IMG/VR virus record: IMGVR_UViG_2684623125_000003
Span: 3,873 to 67,872 of that record
Source: a virus
Taxonomy: Duplodnaviria; Caudoviricetes
Direction: 5' to 3' (one strand)
DNA length: 64,000 nucleotides
Positions 17,772 through 26,737 of the stretch are shown here, in pieces (position 1 is the first letter of the stretch; each line of letters opens with the position of its first letter). A model generated the notes under the pieces. It made no database searches. It was not told the DNA's origin and saw nothing but the letters and a program-made list of their open reading frames with translations. The translations under genes and the position numbers were made by a program.

Positions 17772-18219
17772 CTGCCACCCACAAGTGGCCGCCTTTCTCG
17801 ACCTGCTCGCCTATGCCGAAGGCACCAAGGGCTTGGGGGATGACGGTTACAACAAGCTGGTCAATCCAGCAGGGTTCTTCACCGACTACCGCTCCCACCC
17901 GAACGTGCTGGTGCAGGTCAACAAGACCCTGAGCAGCACCGCCGCCGGCCGCTATCAGCACCTGTCCAAGCACTGGCCGCATTACCGCGACCAGCTCGGC
18001 CTGCCGGACTTCGGTCCCGCGTCGCAAGACACCTGGGCCATCCAGCTGATCCGCGAGCGCAAGGCGCTGGACGATGTGCTCAAGGGCCGCATCCCCCAGG
18101 CGGTGGCCAAGTGCGCCAACATCTGGGCCAGCCTGCCCGGGGCCGGCTACGGTCAGCGCGAGCACAAACTGGCGGACCTGCTGGCCAAGTTCACCGAGTT
18201 CGGTGGGGTGCTGGCATGA
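17758..18219 (+). CDS. Endolysin, lambda R-like transglycosylase
   Basis: AEGT, STAAGRYQ, IWASLPGAGYGQ. Confidence 0.93.
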   Translation: MPRSNCHPQVAAFLDLLAYAEGTKGLGDDGYNKLVNPAGFFTDYRSHPNVLVQVNKTLSSTAAGRYQHLSKHWPHYRDQLGLPDFGPASQDTWAIQLIRERKALDDVLKGRIPQAVAKCANIWASLPGAGYGQREHKLADLLAKFTEFGGVLA

Positions 18220-18650
18220 GCACGCTCATCCGATTCCTGCCGACCATCATCGGGTTGGTACTGGGCACCCTGTTGTTTACCCAAGGCGAACGGCTCACGC
18301 AGCGCACCAAGGAACTGGCCAGTGCCAACGACACCATCAACATCCTGCAGGCCGTCAACACCCAGCAAGCGACCGCCTTCCAGGAACTGCTGATGCAGGC
18401 AAAGGGGTTGCGTCTGCTGCTCGCCAACCAGAACGACGCACTGACTGAGCTCGACAAACAGAACAGGAAGACCGCCGATGAACTGCAACAAGCCTTGGCC
18501 ACGCCGCCGGCGGGCCGTCCGGACTGTGCTCGCGAGCCTCTGCCTAGCGGTGCTTTGCGCCTGCTCCAGCCAGCCCACCACGGTGGTGCAAACCAAGGTA
18601 GTGAAGCGGCTGCCACCGCCGGGGCTGGTGCCCCACTGCCCGGAACCTGA
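18216..18650 (+). CDS. i-spanin (Rz/LysB-like)
   Basis: N-terminal TM plus coiled coil. Confidence 0.8.
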   Translation: MSTLIRFLPTIIGLVLGTLLFTQGERLTQRTKELASANDTINILQAVNTQQATAFQELLMQAKGLRLLLANQNDALTELDKQNRKTADELQQALATPPAGRPDCAREPLPSGALRLLQPAHHGGANQGSEAAATAGAGAPLPGT

Positions 18651-18777
18651 CTTTACGGGGAGCACCTACGGCGAGGCCGTGCGGTTCATCCCCACTCTGC
18701 AGACGGCGCTGCGCCGCTGCCAAACCCAGATCACCACCCTGAACCATTGGATTGAACAAGAGGAAACCACCCCATGA
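18478..18777 (+). CDS. o-spanin lipoprotein (Rz1/LysC-like), overlapping the i-spanin
   Basis: Lipobox LCAC, Pro-rich. Confidence 0.75.
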   Translation: MNCNKPWPRRRRAVRTVLASLCLAVLCACSSQPTTVVQTKVVKRLPPPGLVPHCPEPDFTGSTYGEAVRFIPTLQTALRRCQTQITTLNHWIEQEETTP

Positions 18778-19040
18778 GCAAGATCACACCTATCACCCTG
18801 ACCATCGCCGGCACCGACATCCGCTTTGTGCCCACCATGGTGGCCTACAACAGCTACATCAACGGCCTGTCGATGACCGACAAAGTGGCTCCGTCCCACC
18901 AGTACCTCAAGCGCATCGTCGACGCTGACAGCAAAGAGGCGCTGGATGACCTGCTGGCCCGCCCGGGCGCGGCCCTGCAGATCGCCGCCAAGGTCAACGA
19001 GCAGTACGCCCCCGACCTGGATATCGAAGTAAAAAACTGA
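18774..19040 (+). CDS. Tail assembly chaperone; -1 frameshift at A6 (19031-19036) extends the product to 19225
   Basis: GTAAAAAACTGA before the tape measure gene; open -1 frame conserved in P2x. Confidence 0.85.
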   Translation: MSKITPITLTIAGTDIRFVPTMVAYNSYINGLSMTDKVAPSHQYLKRIVDADSKEALDDLLARPGAALQIAAKVNEQYAPDLDIEVKN

Positions 19041-19228
19041 CCGCGCGCGCCGAGGCCATCGAGCACAACCAACTGGAGCAGGTATTGGCGCTGCGTCGCC
19101 ACTACCTGCCCCATGAAGGTGACGAGCTCGACACCCTGGCTCGCGCCCTCTGGTTAGACAAGTACCACGCCCAACGCCTCGCCCATGCGGTCGCGGAGGG
19201 CATTGCCACCGCCTTCAATGGATAAATC

Positions 19229-21283
19229 ATGGCTTCTGTCACCGAACAACTGATCATGAGGATTGCCCTGATAGATGCCGTTACCCGGCCGCTTGAGGGC
19301 ATCAACAGCCAGCTGAACCGGGTGAAAGAGACCGCGCAAAGCGGCTTTGCCAATATTGCCGGCGGTGGCGCCGCCATGCTGGCCGGCACCATGGCGATCC
19401 AGAATGCACTGGGGCCAGCTCTGGAAATGGACGCGGCCCTGGCCGAAGTGGCCTCGCTCGATGTCCATGAAAAGACCCTCAAGCAGCTCTCCGACACCGC
19501 CTTGATGTTCTCCGTCAAGTACGGCGAATCGGCCAGCGCGTTTGTCAGCGCCTCCTACGATATCCAATCCGCCATCGCGGGGCTGGAGGGCAACGAACTG
19601 CCCTCCTTTGCCCGTGCCTCTGGCGTGCTGGCCAAGGCTACCAAGGCCGACACCGCCACCATCACCAACTACATGGGCACCATGTATGGCATTTTCGAGC
19701 AACAGGCCAAGAAGATGGGCAAGGCCAACTGGGTGGAAGATGTCGCCGGCAAGACCGCGCAAGCGGTGCAGATGTTTAAAACCACCGGTCAGGGCATGAC
19801 CGACGCCTTCAAGGGCATTGGCGCCAACGCCACCGCCGCCGGGATCTCGATGGATGAGCAGTTCGCCGTGCTCGGCCACCTGCAGGCCACCATGGGCGGC
19901 GGCGAGGCCGGTACCAAGTTCAAGTCCTTCCTGGCCGGGGTCGGCAGTGCTCAGAAAGCGCTCGGCCTCAAGTTCACCGACGCGGCGGGCAACATGCTGC
20001 CGGTGCTCGATATCCTGGACAAGCTCAAGGCCCGCTATGGTGACACCCTCACCGTGGCCGGCAGCGACGAGCTGAAAAAGGCGTTTGGCTCGGACGAAGC
20101 GGTCTCGATGATCAAGCTCTTGATGAGCAACACCCAGGGCCTGGCCACCAGTATCAACGCCCTGGCCAACACCCACGGCATGGGCAAGGCCGAGCAGATG
20201 GCCGGGGCCATGGTGGACCAGTGGCAACGGGTCAAGTCGGCCTGGTTCGCGATCCGAGCTGCCGCTTTCGGGGCACTGCTCCCCGCCATCAACAAGGTGG
20301 TGGGTGCCTTTGCCGATGGCGGTGACCTGGTACTGCGCTGGACCCGGCTCTTTCCCAACCTCACCAAGGTGGTGGGGGCCGTCATCTTGGCCATTGCGGG
20401 CCTTAGCATCGTGACCGGTGCCTGGCTGATGCTGGCCGGCGTCGCCAAGCTGGCCACCCTGGCCTGGGCGCTGACCTTCGGCGGTCTCAGTGGCCCCATC
20501 CTCCTGTTCAAGAAGGCCCTCGCCGCCCTGCGCCCGGTTATCTTCGCCGTCAACCTGGCGATGAGTCTGAACCCGGCGGTGATCATCATCGGGGCGATCC
20601 TGGCACTGGTCGCCGCCGTGGCGCTGGCCATCATCTACTGGGACGAACTGCGCGCCACCTTCGCGGTGCTGACTGACTTTGAACTGCTGGGCGCCTTCTT
20701 TGGCGGCCTGGCCGAGACCTTCGGCCCGCTCGCGTCGCAAGCACTGGCCCCCGTGGCGGATTTTTTCACCCTCATCGTGGGGCTGCTCGGTCAGGGGATC
20801 GCCTGGCTTGGCGGCTTCTTTGAACAAACCAACCAGGCCAGCGTCGGCATCGACAACGTGGCCGACGCCGGCCGCCGGATGGGAACCATCCTTGGTGAAA
20901 TTTTTGACACCCTGCTTACCCCGTGGCGGGCACTGATCGCGCTCATCAAGACGGCGCTCGATGCCTCGAATCAGTTCCTGGGCACCCAGTTCGACACCGG
21001 CGCCTTGAACGTGGATGTGTTGCCCAAATGGGCCGGCTCCCCCACGGATATCACCCCGCCCGCCACCGTGGTGAACAGCCCCTTGGCCAGCTACCGCCAG
21101 CAGGACCAGAGCAAGGTGCCATCCGGGGGCCTTGGCCAACAGTTGATCCAGGCCAACGCGGCGGCGACCACCACCAACCAGAAGCCGGCAAAGGCCATGC
21201 ACATCGGCGAGGTGCACAACCACTTTGCCAACCCGATCACCCCTGGGGAGATGGAGCAAGAAATGTGGATAACGACCAAATGA
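19229..21283 (+). CDS. Tail tape measure protein (684 aa)
   Basis: Ala-rich helical; GGEAGTKFKSFL. Confidence 0.93.
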   Translation: MASVTEQLIMRIALIDAVTRPLEGINSQLNRVKETAQSGFANIAGGGAAMLAGTMAIQNALGPALEMDAALAEVASLDVHEKTLKQLSDTALMFSVKYGESASAFVSASYDIQSAIAGLEGNELPSFARASGVLAKATKADTATITNYMGTMYGIFEQQAKKMGKANWVEDVAGKTAQAVQMFKTTGQGMTDAFKGIGANATAAGISMDEQFAVLGHLQATMGGGEAGTKFKSFLAGVGSAQKALGLKFTDAAGNMLPVLDILDKLKARYGDTLTVAGSDELKKAFGSDEAVSMIKLLMSNTQGLATSINALANTHGMGKAEQMAGAMVDQWQRVKSAWFAIRAAAFGALLPAINKVVGAFADGGDLVLRWTRLFPNLTKVVGAVILAIAGLSIVTGAWLMLAGVAKLATLAWALTFGGLSGPILLFKKALAALRPVIFAVNLAMSLNPAVIIIGAILALVAAVALAIIYWDELRATFAVLTDFELLGAFFGGLAETFGPLASQALAPVADFFTLIVGLLGQGIAWLGGFFEQTNQASVGIDNVADAGRRMGTILGEIFDTLLTPWRALIALIKTALDASNQFLGTQFDTGALNVDVLPKWAGSPTDITPPATVVNSPLASYRQQDQSKVPSGGLGQQLIQANAAATTTNQKPAKAMHIGEVHNHFANPITPGEMEQEMWITTK

Positions 21284-21603
21284 GCGAACCCAAGTACATC
21301 GATCTGCTGGTCGTGAACGGCGCCTGGCTGCTCGATGCCGGCGGCCAGCCGCGCACCACCCAGGACCGCCACAGCATCGGCCAGGACATCAAGCACCGCA
21401 TCATGGAATCGGGGCTGGCCCGCAAGCTGATTGGCGAGCGCAGCCCAACCCTGCGCGCCGACGTGATGACCGAGATTGAATTGCTGGTCGAGAACGACGA
21501 GCGACTGGTGCCAGGCACCATCCTCATTCGTGAGGAATACCCGCAGCGCATTCTGGTGACGGCCCGCACGTATGACTTTGGCGATCTGGAGGTAACCCTG
21601 TGA
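21280..21603 (+). CDS. Baseplate wedge protein (gpW-like)
   Basis: SIGQDIKHRIMESGL; synteny. Confidence 0.85.
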   Translation: MSEPKYIDLLVVNGAWLLDAGGQPRTTQDRHSIGQDIKHRIMESGLARKLIGERSPTLRADVMTEIELLVENDERLVPGTILIREEYPQRILVTARTYDFGDLEVTL

Positions 21604-22787
21604 ACCTGCGCCCGAACGTGGACTTTATGGCCCTGCTGGCCGAGACCGGCATCCCGACCACCGAGCAGGCCATGGAGGCCGAGCTTAAAAAGGAGGTGGT
21701 GGCCGCCGGCTCCCTTATCACCAACGACAGCGATGTGAGCCCATTTTGGCGACTGGTGCGCGGCGTGGTCATCACCCCGGCGCTTTGGCTTGTCCGTACC
21801 CTGCTGGCTGGCCATGTGTTGCCCAACACCTTTGCCGCCACTGCCACCGATGCCTATCTCGACCTCAAGGCGTGGGATGTGGATCTCACCCGCAAGGGCG
21901 ACCAGAAGACCCGAGGGGTAATCAACTTCGTCAAGGTGAACCCAAGCGAAGCAGTCACCATCCCGGCCGATATCTGGATCAGCACCGAGCGCATCAACGG
22001 CACCCTCTACCGGGTCAAGCCACTGCAAGCGGTAGTGAGCCCAGCCGGTGAAGCGGTGGCCCGCGTGGTGTGCGAAGCCGAGTTCGCGGGCGCGGCCTGG
22101 AATCTGGCCCCAGGCTATTACCACCTGCTCAGTGAACCGGTGACCGGTATCCTCTCGGCTCGCAACGATGACAAGGAGTGGATCATCACCCCGGGTGCCG
22201 ATGCGGAAAGCAACGATGCGCTGGGCCTGCGCATCAAGAACCAGTTCTCTGCAGTGGGGCGCTATCACATCGACGCCGTCTATCGCTCGATGCTGGCCAG
22301 CGTCGCGGGCATTCGTGCCGATCATATCGTCTTCGAGCACGATGCCCCGCGCGGGCCAGGTACCGCCAATGCCTACATCCTGCTGGAAGTGGGGACCACA
22401 CCGGCCAGCCTCATCAGCAAGCTTAACGACTACGTGACCAACCAGGGCAACCACGGCCACGGTGATGATCTGCAGGTGATGGCGATGCCGGAAACCGAGC
22501 ACTCCCTGCACCTTGAACTGTGGCCCGTCGATAACCTTGGCGAGCCCCAGCGGGCCGCCCTGGTCGCGGGGGTCAGGCAGCTGGTCAATGCGGCGTTCCG
22601 GCTGTCGGCTGACTATCCGACCGTGACCCGTACCTGGCCGCAGTCCCGTTTCTCCTTAAGCCAGCTGGGCCGCGAGCTGCATCAGGCATTCCCCGAGATC
22701 AGGAGCCTGCACTTCACCGAGCTGGATATCCTCTCGGGGCTCGCCATCCCGCGCCTATCTGGGCTGGAGGTGACGCTCCATGAATAA
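21600..22787 (+). CDS. Baseplate J-like protein
   Basis: SPFWRLV, APRGPGTANA. Confidence 0.9.
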   Translation: MNLRPNVDFMALLAETGIPTTEQAMEAELKKEVVAAGSLITNDSDVSPFWRLVRGVVITPALWLVRTLLAGHVLPNTFAATATDAYLDLKAWDVDLTRKGDQKTRGVINFVKVNPSEAVTIPADIWISTERINGTLYRVKPLQAVVSPAGEAVARVVCEAEFAGAAWNLAPGYYHLLSEPVTGILSARNDDKEWIITPGADAESNDALGLRIKNQFSAVGRYHIDAVYRSMLASVAGIRADHIVFEHDAPRGPGTANAYILLEVGTTPASLISKLNDYVTNQGNHGHGDDLQVMAMPETEHSLHLELWPVDNLGEPQRAALVAGVRQLVNAAFRLSADYPTVTRTWPQSRFSLSQLGRELHQAFPEIRSLHFTELDILSGLAIPRLSGLEVTLHE

Positions 22788-23472
22788 AACCACCGGCATC
22801 GACCATCTGAGCGCCGCGCCCCAGCTGCCGGAAAGCGCCGCCCCGTGGTGGGAAGATGGCAAGAGCATCGCGGACGAGGTGCAGGAGCCTGCCTTTTTGG
22901 CCCGGGGCATCATGGCCCTGTGGCGCCGACTACGAGGCTGGCTGGTACAGCCGCTGGCGCAACAAGACCCGCTGACCTGCTCCGAGTCCCTGCTGGCACT
23001 GCTCGCCTGGGAGCGGGATATCACACGCTTCAAGGGCGAACCGCTCGACCTGTTTCGCAAACGGGTGAAGTTCGCCTTCATCAACGCCAGAGACGCGGGC
23101 GGTACCGCAGGCTTTGTCGATATCTTTGGCCGGTTCGATATCACCCTGCGCGCCCAGATGGAGCGCATCGACGGCATGGATTGGGACATCATCCTGCTGT
23201 TGCTCGATGAGCACAGCGACCAACTGACGGAGCGGCTGGCCCACGAGCTGGTGAAGCAGTACCGCCGCACCTGTCGCCGCTATAACGTGGGCGTGACCGC
23301 GTTCACCGACCAGCAGCAGTTGGGCTGCGCCGAGTTTTCGGCCAGCTATCAAACCATCACCGCATCAACGGATGTCGAACTGGCCGGTTCGGTCTGGGGG
23401 CATTGCGTGAGGGCGGCCCAGCCGATCTCTGCCAGCTATGTAACTACGGAGGCTAAATGGCCGAAATCCTGA
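22780..23472 (+). CDS. Baseplate/tail protein gpI-like
   Basis: LLAWERDITRF..FRKRVKFAF. Confidence 0.88.
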   Translation: MNKTTGIDHLSAAPQLPESAAPWWEDGKSIADEVQEPAFLARGIMALWRRLRGWLVQPLAQQDPLTCSESLLALLAWERDITRFKGEPLDLFRKRVKFAFINARDAGGTAGFVDIFGRFDITLRAQMERIDGMDWDIILLLLDEHSDQLTERLAHELVKQYRRTCRRYNVGVTAFTDQQQLGCAEFSASYQTITASTDVELAGSVWGHCVRAAQPISASYVTTEAKWPKS

Positions 23473-24239
23473 ATCGGGGGATGATGCTCATCACCCAGAA
23501 TCTCGCCCTAAACGTGGCCACCCACATCGACAAGATGGTGCTGGCCTACAAGCCGGGGTTGAACTACACCGACCCGGTGAATCCGGATGAACCGGATCCC
23601 GCACTGGGGGAAATCAAATATCGGGGACCGGTCACCAAGGCCGCCGCGATCTCGCCGGACAAGGTGGTCTATTCCCTGCTGCTGGAACCGACCGTGGGGC
23701 CGTTTACATTCAACTGGATGGGGCTGGAAGCCAGCGATGGCACCCTGGTCGCGGTCTCCTATCTGCCTGATACGGTCAAGGTGGCCAAGGATGCCAACCA
23801 GCCAGGGGATACCCTGATCCGCAACTTCATCCTGGCCTTCGCCCGCGCCAGCGCCGCGCTGGATGTGACCATCACGCCGGAGACATGGCAGTTTGATTTC
23901 ACCGACTACATCAACACCGCGATCAGCGATGGGTTGCGCGCCGGGTTCAGTGCATCGGCGATCACTGCCGACAGTTCGCTGCCAGCAAACGGGAAATACC
24001 CGTCACACCTGAGATTTATGAAACCTGCCGTCGTGACCCTGGATGAAACATGGGCGGATGGTAGCCGCCTCGGCGTGATTGTCGATCACAGCGTGGATAT
24101 GGCGGCAGGGGACTGCATCGTGCAGCTAACCAGCGGGACGATCAGCACCAGCGCCGGGGCTGACCGTCAAATCAGACTGCGCCAAGCCAGTCGCGAGTTT
24201 ATTTTCGAGAAGATTGCCGGACAGTGGAGGGCAGCATGA
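23457..24239 (+). CDS. Short tail-fibre anchor protein
   Basis: VVYSLLL..GPFTFNWMGL..TWQFDF; only 260 aa. Confidence 0.85.
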   Translation: MAEILNRGMMLITQNLALNVATHIDKMVLAYKPGLNYTDPVNPDEPDPALGEIKYRGPVTKAAAISPDKVVYSLLLEPTVGPFTFNWMGLEASDGTLVAVSYLPDTVKVAKDANQPGDTLIRNFILAFARASAALDVTITPETWQFDFTDYINTAISDGLRAGFSASAITADSSLPANGKYPSHLRFMKPAVVTLDETWADGSRLGVIVDHSVDMAAGDCIVQLTSGTISTSAGADRQIRLRQASREFIFEKIAGQWRAA

Positions 24240-25096
24240 TCACATTGGGAGGCAGTGCCGGAGCAAGCACTGGATTCGGGCGGTTTAGAAACCGCATTGA
24301 AGTGTTGGACATCATCCCGGGCACGCGCCAGCTCACTATTCCAGAAGGGTGGAACAAGATCCGGGTCGCCGTGGTGGGAGGTGGCGGCGGCGGCCGGCTT
24401 TTTGGTGGCAATTATGGATATGGCGGAGGCGGCTCTGGTGGGGGGTATGCAGAGAAAGTGTTCGATGTGACGCCAGGGCAAACCTTCACATATACGGTCG
24501 GTGCAGGCGGTGAAGTCAATGTTGATGGAAGCACATCCAGTTTTGCCGCCGTGCTCTCTGCAACTGGTGGGAGAACTGCATCATCACCATCATCCTCCAA
24601 CAGCATCGGTTCTGCCGGCGGTGTAGGTATCGGTGGCGATGTTAACAACCCGGGTGGGCGAGGTGGATCTGGTTACTCAGACCCCAAAGGGGGAGCCGGC
24701 GGGGGAGGTGCATCAGGCCATAGATACGGGGCCGGTGGCGATGGCGCCAATGGGGAACCAAATTCTGTGCAGGGAGCTGGGGGCTCATGGATAGGAGGGG
24801 TTAGACCGTTGCTGTACGACGATGGGTGGGGGCTGGGTATAACCCCACATGACTTGCCTATCGATGCAGATTTAACTGCCAATGGAGCGCAATCTTCACA
24901 ATCAACATCAATATATTCACGCGTCGGACTGGGAACAAGTCGGCAAGACACTAGGCCAAACATCGGTGGTGGCTCATGCGGTTTAGTGAGCACTGTCGTA
25001 CAGCGCGGAGGTATCGGCGCTGGCGGCGGCGGTGGGTACAACATATATGCCGGTGCAGGTGGGGCTGGAGCAGTAATTGTGGAGGTATTGGGATGA
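24236..25096 (+). CDS. Glycine-rich putative adhesin / tail-tip protein
   Basis: VVGGGGGG..GGGGSGGGY..TVGAGG repeats; ATGA-coupled. Confidence 0.75.
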   Translation: MITLGGSAGASTGFGRFRNRIEVLDIIPGTRQLTIPEGWNKIRVAVVGGGGGGRLFGGNYGYGGGGSGGGYAEKVFDVTPGQTFTYTVGAGGEVNVDGSTSSFAAVLSATGGRTASSPSSSNSIGSAGGVGIGGDVNNPGGRGGSGYSDPKGGAGGGGASGHRYGAGGDGANGEPNSVQGAGGSWIGGVRPLLYDDGWGLGITPHDLPIDADLTANGAQSSQSTSIYSRVGLGTSRQDTRPNIGGGSCGLVSTVVQRGGIGAGGGGGYNIYAGAGGAGAVIVEVLG

Positions 25097-25311
25097 ATTA
25101 CTACGCAAGACTGATTAAAGATCGCGTGACGGAAATCTGGAACGATGGTGGCCTGAACATCACCCCGGCTGATGTGCATGTGGCTGAGCTGGCCGCCAAG
25201 TTTGTGCCCTGCCCTGACTGGGTGATCGCTGGCGCGACCTTTGACGGCAAAGAGTGGATCAACCCTGAGCCGATCCTGCCGACCGAGCCCACCGAGGAGC
25301 CCGAGGAATGA
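25093..25311 (+). CDS. Small tail-fibre-associated protein (72 aa)
   Basis: MNYYARLIKDRVTEIW; homolog at 60734-60961. Confidence 0.75.
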   Translation: MNYYARLIKDRVTEIWNDGGLNITPADVHVAELAAKFVPCPDWVIAGATFDGKEWINPEPILPTEPTEEPEE

Positions 25312-26189
25312 CATGGCACCAGGGCCATCTGGTATGGCCCGCATCGGCTGACGCCATCCATGGCGCTGCCAACGGGGTGACAAGCCAGATCCCGGGCGCT
25401 CAATCAGCCGCAGTAAACCGCCTGCAAGGGCTGGCGGGGCGGGCTCAGTACCGGCCCCATCCACTCAGCGAGGCCGCCGCCGCGCTGGCGGGGTTACGGG
25501 GTGAACTGGACAGGCTGCTGGTCACTGGTCGCTGCCTGACCGTGACCCCGTATCAGCATGGAGTGGGCCAGCACCAGGGCAACCAGTACAGCCTCGCCGC
25601 CCCCAACGCGGTGGCCACCCTTGCCGCCAAGCTGCAGGACGGGGCCGATCCCCTGCTGCCGACTGGCCAGCTGCACGCCATCGCCTGGCTGGTGACCGGC
25701 AACAGCGCCGAGGCACTGGCCATGGCCTTGGCCCCGCTCTGCACCGTACTGCCGCTGCCGGAGTGGTGCGCCACCCTGCGCCGCCTCACCGCCAACAACG
25801 ACACCATGAGCCAGCCCACCGCCGCCAAGGTGCCACGCTGGAAAGCAGACGAGCCTCTGAGTTGGGATCCGCTGCGCCCGGCCCGCTTGGCGCTGGGGGC
25901 AGAGCTGGCCCAACTGGAGAGCCTTTGCAGGGACAGCCAGACCCCGATCACCAAGCTGCAGGGGCTGGCGAAACGCCGTGCCGACCGCCTGGCCACCCTC
26001 GCCGAGGCTCTGGCCAGGCTGGGCTCACTCTCCGGTACCCTCTGGCACTGGCAGGGCCAGGGGGATGCAGCCAGCCTGGCCGCCCAGCTGGGCCAGAGCA
26101 GCCCGCCAGACCATAGTCAGAGCATGACGGTCGGCACCCTGCTGCTCTCCCCTTCCCCGCTCACCTTCTGGCAGGAGTTAACCCAATGA
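25308..26189 (+). CDS. Conserved HP1-type tail-region protein
   Basis: Coupled ORF; homolog at 60958-61833. Confidence 0.75.
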   Translation: MTWHQGHLVWPASADAIHGAANGVTSQIPGAQSAAVNRLQGLAGRAQYRPHPLSEAAAALAGLRGELDRLLVTGRCLTVTPYQHGVGQHQGNQYSLAAPNAVATLAAKLQDGADPLLPTGQLHAIAWLVTGNSAEALAMALAPLCTVLPLPEWCATLRRLTANNDTMSQPTAAKVPRWKADEPLSWDPLRPARLALGAELAQLESLCRDSQTPITKLQGLAKRRADRLATLAEALARLGSLSGTLWHWQGQGDAASLAAQLGQSSPPDHSQSMTVGTLLLSPSPLTFWQELTQ

Positions 26190-26737
26190 GCAGAACCGCC
26201 ATGCTTACCCTGGACGGTGAGCCCGTTGTGATGAAGTCGATGCGGGTCTCCGCATCGATGCAGTTTCAGGACAAGGACAACAGCGGCCAGACCAGCGCAA
26301 CCAGCAGCTCGGAGCAGGGGGAGAAGGCCAAGGAGCTCGATGTCTCCGGCCTGATCCCGTTCAAGGATGAGCAGATGCTGAGCCGGCTGTTTGAACTGGC
26401 CTGCGCCAAGGGGGATGGCGGTCAGCGTCATATTTACCGGGTAGGTTCGCTGTTGGCCAAGTCAGTGAAGGTGCGCCAGGCCAAGTTTGCCGGCCGCATC
26501 ACGGCCAGCGAACAGGAAGGGCTGCTGGCATGGCAAGTGCAGTTCACCCTGCGCGAACACAACTCGGTGCCCGAGAAGCGGGAACAACGCCTACCAAAAA
26601 CGACTGCCTCTGTCGGAAAAGGGACCGGTAACACCACCGCAGTAAAGGGCAACGACGCACCGGAACAAGACAAACTGAACCGCTTTGAACAAGGCCTTAA
26701 ATGGGTTGATGGCAAGGTAGGAGATATTTTAGCGTGA
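26186..26737 (+). CDS. Putative baseplate / tube-initiator protein
   Basis: SGQTSATSSSEQG..WQVQFTLRE; homolog at 61830-62390. Confidence 0.75.
   Translation: MSRTAMLTLDGEPVVMKSMRVSASMQFQDKDNSGQTSATSSSEQGEKAKELDVSGLIPFKDEQMLSRLFELACAKGDGGQRHIYRVGSLLAKSVKVRQAKFAGRITASEQEGLLAWQVQFTLREHNSVPEKREQRLPKTTASVGKGTGNTTAVKGNDAPEQDKLNRFEQGLKWVDGKVGDILA

Noticed and set aside
15120-21259. Very long minus-strand ORFs (721 aa, 701 aa; similarly 46723-48993 and 51464-53554)
   Set aside because: Antisense shadows of high-GC3 structural genes, with no motifs or RBS
24236-25311. Invertible tail-fibre cassette or diversity-generating retroelement
   Set aside because: No invertase, inverted crossover sites, reverse transcriptase or template repeat seen
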